In this document: positions 58,926 to 64,000 of the stretch, one piece after another
Layout of the letters: each line of letters starts with the position of its first letter
Numbering within the stretch: position 1 is the first letter of the stretch
Assembly: GCA_030610945.1 (NCBI GenBank)
Contig: JAUWQV010000001.1
Span: 25,901-89,900 of the forward strand
Length of the DNA: 64,000 nucleotides
Reading direction: 5' to 3'
From: Methanocellales archaeon
GTDB taxonomy: Archaea; Halobacteriota; UBA148; JAUWXC01
Notes under the pieces: model-generated
Database searches by the model: none
Told to the model about the DNA's origin: nothing
The model's input: the letters and a program-made list of their open reading frames with translations, nothing else
Program-made: the position numbers and the translations under genes

Positions 58926-59354
58926 CTAACCTCTCACATAGCCCCTATCTTCAGGGGCCCTGTGAATATTCGCTGAGCTGCACTTGGGGCACTCAACGGG
59001 CCTTCCCGTTCCGTATGATTCTTCCCATTCATTGCCGCAATCATGGCATTTGAATCTCCTCGCTGCCATCTCATAATTGCCTCCATGAATTTTTATTGCC
59101 TTGCCGTTGACCAAAGCGTCTGCGATTTTTTTTCTTGCAGACTCCAAGAGCCTGTGGAGCGTCGGCTGTGAGATAGTCATCTTCTCAGCCGCTTCTTTTT
59201 GTCCCAGTTCCTCTATACTGTTAAGCCTAATTGCCTCGAGTTCGTCAACCGCTAAACTAACTTCTTCCATGTCTGCTAGGGGTATTCCTCTTGGCTTGAA
59301 ATATGTAATCCCGGGTTCAAACCAGACTCGTCTATTCTTTCTGGGCCTGACCAT
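58926..59354 (-). CDS. DUF134 (UPF0251) HTH protein with C-terminal Zn ribbon
   Basis: Sigma-70-region-4-like HTH ([24 protein letters not shown]) plus CHDCG...CPKC. Confidence 0.65.
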   Translation of the reverse strand: MVRPRKNRRVWFEPGITYFKPRGIPLADMEEVSLAVDELEAIRLNSIEELGQKEAAEKMTISQPTLHRLLESARKKIADALVNGKAIKIHGGNYEMAARRFKCHDCGNEWEESYGTGRPVECPKCSSANIHRAPEDRGYVRG

Positions 59355-59406
59355 GTTATGAATATATATTCATAACACATTTAAATGTTTTGCTAAATAT
59401 TTCGCA

Positions 59407-60633
59407 TCATAGAATGAGATTAAGCAAACCACCCACCAGCAAGGCAGAGGTAATCATGATCACAGCGGATTTGGCCATATCCACTACCCCCAGCTCTTTA
59501 GTTAAAACGACAAATGTAGCCACGCATGGAAAATACATCGCCAGTACCACGCTGGCCACTATCGTTTGGGACATCGTCAAACCAAGGGGCAAAAGCATCC
59601 CTATAGCCACATCTTTACGCAGAAAGCCAACTATGAGCGCCCCAACCGCCTCTTCTGGCAGTCCGAGCAGGCCAACCACTATAGGAGCGGTGATTTTGCC
59701 TATGAATTCGATGATCCCCAATATATAAAGAACATTTACGACGAATACGCCCAGCAGCACATACGGAACTGCCTCCCCCAGAAAGAACCGTATTCTCATC
59801 CACAGTTTCTTCAGTAATGCACCCCAATATGGAATCCTATAGGGTGGGACTTCCATGAATATCTCTGGACTCTCGCCCTTCAAAATTTTGTTGAGCAAAA
59901 GTCCAAGGACTATCCATACCATGAAAAGTGTCAAAAAAACGATTCCCAAACCCTTCGCACCATATACTCCTACTAGACCAACTATCATGGCGAGCTGAGC
60001 CATACAAGGAACTGCTATCGCCATAAGAGTTGCAGCGATGAAAACCTGCCTCTTCGTCTCCATGACTCTGGTGGATAGAGCTCCAGGAACGTTGCACCCC
60101 AGGCCGAGCAGGAATGGGATTATGGCTAAGCCATGCAAGCCTATTCTGTGCATTACGCTATCTATCAACACAGCTAATCTTGGCAAATAGCCACTGTCTT
60201 CTAGAAAACCCAGTACCAGATAAAATGCAAAGACATAAGGCAAAACCATTGCAAAAGGAACATAGAGCCCGGTGGTTAGCAAACCCATGGACTGCACATA
60301 ATCTACTTTTCCCTCTATTAGCGTTCCAATCAAAACGTCATGGACAAACCCGGGACCCAGTAGCTCGCTCAATTTCATCACTAGAGGAGCATAAATATCA
60401 AATATCGGCTCGAATACGTAACCGATTAGCCCTTCGCCAACAAATCTTATAAACCCGAAGGTTAGAAGCAGGACCACTATGGCTATGGGAAGACCGGTCA
60501 TGGGCTTAATGCTCGCGTCTCCCATTCTCTCTAAAAAGGTGTGGTGACGATGGGTCACGGTCTGTACCTGACTGACTATTCTGCCAACCGCAGCCCATCT
60601 TTGCTCATCAGTACGTTCATCGTTGACTGGCAT
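59407..60633 (-). CDS. feoB: FeoB C-terminal part (GDI-like segment plus membrane/nucleoside-recognition domains)
   Basis: Polytopic. Start assigned to MPVNDERTDEQRW, which has a GGGGAAAG RBS-like sequence upstream. Overlaps the G-domain ORF by 17 nt in another frame. Confidence 0.7.
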   Translation of the reverse strand: MPVNDERTDEQRWAAVGRIVSQVQTVTHRHHTFLERMGDASIKPMTGLPIAIVVLLLTFGFIRFVGEGLIGYVFEPIFDIYAPLVMKLSELLGPGFVHDVLIGTLIEGKVDYVQSMGLLTTGLYVPFAMVLPYVFAFYLVLGFLEDSGYLPRLAVLIDSVMHRIGLHGLAIIPFLLGLGCNVPGALSTRVMETKRQVFIAATLMAIAVPCMAQLAMIVGLVGVYGAKGLGIVFLTLFMVWIVLGLLLNKILKGESPEIFMEVPPYRIPYWGALLKKLWMRIRFFLGEAVPYVLLGVFVVNVLYILGIIEFIGKITAPIVVGLLGLPEEAVGALIVGFLRKDVAIGMLLPLGLTMSQTIVASVVLAMYFPCVATFVVLTKELGVVDMAKSAVIMITSALLVGGLLNLIL

Positions 60634-61132
60634 CTTTCCCCCTGGCCACTGTACAAAGCATAGCCTCTGACAACTTGGAGACAAGTTCTTTGACCCCTTC
60701 GCCAGTAATGGCAACCGTCGGCACTACTGGAACACCTAAAAGTTCTTCAAGTTTTTCCACGTCGATGATGATGCCTTTGTGCTTTGCCTCGTCCCACATG
60801 TTAAGCGCTATGATTGCTGGTGTTTTCCTTTCCAGTAGTTGAAGCGCCAGGTATAAACTCCTCTCCAGATTTGTAGCATCCACCACATTGACAACCAAAT
60901 CTCCCTTTTTCAGCATCTCGACAGCCACTTCCTCTGCCTTGGAGAACGGTTCCAGAGTGTACGTCCCAGGTACGTCGATTACTTCTGTCCACTTATTCCC
61001 AAGCTTCATTGTGCCCTTCTTGAACTCAACAGTAGTACCAGGATAGTTTGAAACTATGACATTTACTCCTGTTAGCCGGGAGAATATGGCACTCTTCCCC
61101 ACGTTGGGGTTTCCCATCAGAAGTATTCTCAC
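60617..61132 (-). CDS. feoB: FeoB N-terminal GTPase domain (separate ORF)
   Basis: G1 GNPNVGKS, G3 DVPG and G4 NMWD. 171 aa, ending at the TGA at 60617. Confidence 0.8.
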   Translation of the reverse strand: MRILLMGNPNVGKSAIFSRLTGVNVIVSNYPGTTVEFKKGTMKLGNKWTEVIDVPGTYTLEPFSKAEEVAVEMLKKGDLVVNVVDATNLERSLYLALQLLERKTPAIIALNMWDEAKHKGIIIDVEKLEELLGVPVVPTVAITGEGVKELVSKLSEAMLCTVARGKDASQR

Positions 61133-61359
61133 CCCTTCACCTCTACAAAGATTTTTGTTGCCATTCCCCTTCCGATTGCGACCCTGGCTCCATCTACTTC
61201 AACGACAATCGGACCCCTAAGGGGCCCAGAAGTTATCTTTCGAACCGTCTTCTCAACTCTGATGCCCAGTGATGCCATACGCCTTTGAAATCCTGTGCCG
61301 CCTTCTAGGTGTTTTACTATTGCAACTTTTCCGATGCCCAGTTCAGTCAATGTGATCAT
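61129..61359 (-). CDS. feoA: FeoA
   Basis: 76 aa SH3-like FeoA. Coupled to feoB. Confidence 0.8.
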   Translation of the reverse strand: MITLTELGIGKVAIVKHLEGGTGFQRRMASLGIRVEKTVRKITSGPLRGPIVVEVDGARVAIGRGMATKIFVEVKG

Positions 61360-61787
61360 AGAAACGTCTCCTTTTTAATACAACATGATGCCCGCGCAAT
61401 TGGATTTCCGTCAGGGCATTGCTGAGGATGTTTCATCAGCGAGCAAAATCGTCGCTCCACATCATCAGATATCACATGCTCCAGCCTGCATGCCTCCTTG
61501 TGTGCGCTATCTTCACCCATCTCCAGAAAATCAACCAGAAATCGTTCCAATAACCTGTGCCTCCGCTTTACTTTCCGGGCAATATTCAGCCCTTTTTTAG
61601 TTAGGGATGCCCCATAGTATGGCCGATAATCTATATATTCTTCCTCAGCCAGCTTCTGTAGCATCTCTGTTACGCTCGCGGGTGCCACCCCCATAAGAGA
61701 TGCAATTTCGGTGGTCTTCGCTGGTTTTCCACCTTCGGTCAAGGTGTGTAACGCCTCAAGATATTCCTCAGGTCGCTCCTCGTTCAT
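61356..61787 (-). CDS. DtxR/MntR-family metal-dependent transcriptional repressor
   Basis: N-terminal HTH and metal-binding helical domain. TATA-like tttatatttttt about 30 nt upstream on the coding strand. Confidence 0.8.
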   Translation of the reverse strand: MNEERPEEYLEALHTLTEGGKPAKTTEIASLMGVAPASVTEMLQKLAEEEYIDYRPYYGASLTKKGLNIARKVKRRHRLLERFLVDFLEMGEDSAHKEACRLEHVISDDVERRFCSLMKHPQQCPDGNPIARASCCIKKETFL

Positions 61788-61833
61788 ACAACCAGATTTT
61801 TAGGGATGCCAAAAAATATAAAGGTTTGCATGC

Positions 61834-62859
61834 CTACTTGCCCTCTTGGACCTTATGTGCATAATACAGCTTCTTGCGATAGAAACTCAGCGGATGCGAA
61901 ACTCTTTCGCACAATGTCTCCTTCCCAACACAGTTGCCATACGTCGCCATTGTTGCACATGAAGGGGCAGTATATGCCGTCCCGGACGAGCCAAGGATGT
62001 GCTGGACCTGATACCTTGTCTTCTCTTCATCGAAGTCAGGCAAAACCCTGTAGATGTCGATGATTTGGTCTGCACTCATCCCTATATTGGACAGGAAAGA
62101 TGTAAGTGCAAATCGCGCGGAATGCGCGAGGTTTTGCCCACTTTGAACAGTAGCTAACATGTGCCTGATGCACGGCGGAAAACATTCTGAGTTAATTTCA
62201 GCAAACTCATCTATTTTGAGCTCGGATTTGCGTTGTTCCAGATGGCCTTTGACTTCCTCAATGTGCGAGGATAGCGATTCGCACACATCCTCTGGGACAT
62301 CTACAGGAAGCGATGCCTGAATTTTCTCCCGTATCGCCTCCTGAAGCAGTCTGGCAAACTCCCCCTTGGCCATGAGCACATAACTTTTCTCCAAGCGGCG
62401 ATTCGCCAATTTCCATTTTGGGTCCCCCATCCTGCTGGCAAACCGCAGATAATTGGTGAAGTGCATCTGGAGCTCGTTCCCTATGGTAGTGCACTGGATG
62501 CCGAACTCTTTTCCCACTTCTTCTAAAAACGCGGGAGATTCAGACTTCATCTGCGCATACGCTGCTTTGGCTTCAACCAATGCATATCTCCGGATAAGAT
62601 AATAGTCCCCTATGCACGAAATGATAAGCCTGGCAAGCGGATAAGAGAAAAGTTCCACCTCAGCCAGGATGTCGTCGCCAAATGACTTTTTTATTTCTCC
62701 ATCTATGGCTTGAATAACTCTCTCTTTTGCCCTGGCAATGACAGCTTTTCCAAACTCGCCATCACTTAAGAAATCCTCCAGCGATTTGCCAGAGCGTTTT
62801 ACATAATCGGATGCTTTGGAAGTAAAAGGATAATATGCAAGCCTTAACTCCATATTCAA
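61834..62859 (-). CDS. priL: DNA primase large subunit PriL
   Basis: 341 aa, with C-terminal Fe-S cluster cysteines. Overlaps the PCNA stop. Confidence 0.75.
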   Translation of the reverse strand: MNMELRLAYYPFTSKASDYVKRSGKSLEDFLSDGEFGKAVIARAKERVIQAIDGEIKKSFGDDILAEVELFSYPLARLIISCIGDYYLIRRYALVEAKAAYAQMKSESPAFLEEVGKEFGIQCTTIGNELQMHFTNYLRFASRMGDPKWKLANRRLEKSYVLMAKGEFARLLQEAIREKIQASLPVDVPEDVCESLSSHIEEVKGHLEQRKSELKIDEFAEINSECFPPCIRHMLATVQSGQNLAHSARFALTSFLSNIGMSADQIIDIYRVLPDFDEEKTRYQVQHILGSSGTAYTAPSCATMATYGNCVGKETLCERVSHPLSFYRKKLYYAHKVQEGK

Positions 62860-63596
62860 TCCGATTCGATTCTTGGAGCAAGTAGGTATTCAACCTTGCC
62901 CTTGCCGCCTGCTACGCCGAAGTTGATCTTAATAGGATAGTCCTTCCCGAGATGGAGCGTAACCTCATTTGCCTTGTTGATTGCCTTGCCCATATCGCTC
63001 AGGTAATCAAGCGAAAATAGAGAACGTGCTGGACCGGATGTGTCCAAACCGATCAGTTCGTCTTTAGTTAGTTGAAGCTTAACCCGATTTGTATCGCCTT
63101 CTGCTTCCATAAAAAACGCGCTTCCATCAACACCAAACGCCAGGTGGTCGCTCACCTTCTCTGCCGCCTTGATGGCCCTATACAAATCCCTTCCCTTTAA
63201 TGTTACCTTTGCAGGTAGCTCCAGATTTGGCACCTTCGGCTCCTTTCGCATCGCTGCAAGGTCGAGCAGTGAAAGCGTATATGCCAGTCCGCCCATTTTG
63301 AGGAGCAGGTTATGTGCCTCTGGGTCCAATTTGAGCTCTATTTTGTCTGACCTCTCAGCCATACTCAAGATATCCATGAGCGTCATCAAACTAAGCCCAA
63401 TCTCGCCATCTGTGCACTCATATGATTCAAATGCATCTGGATGAAGGTCAAAAGATATCATTGCAACGTTTGCCGGATCTACTGCCTTGATGCTGATGCC
63501 ATCTTTGTTAAGCCTAAATTTCGCCTCATCTACAAGAGTGGAGACTGCCTCAATTGAGTCCTTAAATATGTCTGCGTTGATTACAGCCTTGAACAT
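62856..63596 (-). CDS. pcn: DNA polymerase sliding clamp PCNA
   Basis: 246 aa with two-domain PCNA fold signature. Confidence 0.85.
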   Translation of the reverse strand: MFKAVINADIFKDSIEAVSTLVDEAKFRLNKDGISIKAVDPANVAMISFDLHPDAFESYECTDGEIGLSLMTLMDILSMAERSDKIELKLDPEAHNLLLKMGGLAYTLSLLDLAAMRKEPKVPNLELPAKVTLKGRDLYRAIKAAEKVSDHLAFGVDGSAFFMEAEGDTNRVKLQLTKDELIGLDTSGPARSLFSLDYLSDMGKAINKANEVTLHLGKDYPIKINFGVAGGKGKVEYLLAPRIESD

Positions 63597-63673
63597 TTTT
63601 ACACCCTTTCTTGATAGGAACCTATCGGCTTATAATCATTTTGATAACAAACAAAGAGTTCGTCTTAAATATT

Positions 63674-63982
63674 CTACGAGTATTCTCGCCAGGTTTTGTC
63701 GCACTTCGTGCACCTGAAGAATCGCACCTCGCCCTCATCTGCGGAGCGCAGCTGGCGGAGCCACCAATATGCCTTATTGTTTCCGCATTCGGGACAGCGT
63801 GCCTTTATAGTTGGCAATCCTGCCCGCTCCTTTTCCTCGATGACAGGCATCTCTTTTTCGTGCATAGACTCTTTGGAGATGAATGTTGTATCGTCTCTTT
63901 TTTCGGTATGCCCGCACCTGCGACACTTTAACTCGTCACCTGACGGCAACAGCATACTACCGCATTTTTGACAGAATTTCAT
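63674..63982 (-). CDS. tfs: Transcription factor S (TFS) / RpoM-like
   Basis: N-terminal Zn ribbon CQKCG..CRRCG and C-terminal TFIIS-type ribbon CPECG...RCTKCDKTW, with acidic hairpin residues (ADEGE). Confidence 0.8.
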   Translation of the reverse strand: MKFCQKCGSMLLPSGDELKCRRCGHTEKRDDTTFISKESMHEKEMPVIEEKERAGLPTIKARCPECGNNKAYWWLRQLRSADEGEVRFFRCTKCDKTWREYS

Positions 63983-64000
63983 CGATATTCTCCTTGGCAT

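Overview
This is an archaeal (euryarchaeal) chromosomal segment, gene-dense on both strands, with roughly 48% GC. The exception is a ~1.8 kb AT-rich islet at about 4480-6300. The lineage cannot be fixed from sequence alone. The content fits a Methanosarcinales/ANME/Archaeoglobi-like organism: Top6A/B, aIF2alpha-S27e-L44e-Nop10, PriS/PriL/PCNA, archaeal CoA pathway enzymes PoK/PPS, GGR with a cognate ferredoxin, multihaem c-type cytochromes, and NikR plus CbiMNQO.

Main blocks, in order:
- archaeal-type PEP carboxylase (partial, runs off the left edge), a Na/Ca exchanger, SUI1, a tRNA-Val/Phe/Gly cluster and NreA
- the AT-rich islet, carrying a lamin-tail-domain lipoprotein interrupted by an in-frame TAA
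- SufCB, a NifB-like radical SAM, Mre11-Rad50, Top6BA
- a five-gene minus-strand module: two paralogous multihaem cytochromes c, a dedicated type I signal peptidase, a lipoprotein and a membrane protein
- ThiL, CoaBC-PoK-PPS, HisD, AspRS, SMC-ScpA-ScpB
- a RelE/RHH toxin-antitoxin pair with a perfect palindromic operator
- RNase HII, trkA-trkH-trkA, GGR+ferredoxin, PEPCK(ATP)
- the archaeal informational operon PAC2-Nop10-aIF2alpha-S27e-L44e-GINS-PriS
- nikR with cbiMNQO, a ZIP transporter, TrmO
- a long co-directional minus-strand cluster at about 51.4-59.4 kb, followed by a split feoB, feoA, DtxR, PriL, PCNA and TFS.

The 51.4-59.4 kb cluster is my best candidate for a poorly characterised system: two MinD-like ATPases with inserted ferredoxin domains, two NifX-like proteins (one fused to DUF5320), a stand-alone DUF5320 with RGF repeats, a Zn-ribbon mini-protein, a 2x[4Fe-4S] ferredoxin, Mrp/NBP35, a DUF134 regulator, plus a radical SAM, DUF1847, an MBL hydrolase and a permease. 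It sits directly beside FeoAB/DtxR.

Four genes below the ORF-track length cutoff were found by manual translation: Nop10, S27e, the Zn-ribbon protein and the small ferredoxin. Their coordinates, and those of the tRNAs, are hand-counted and may be off by 1-2 nt.
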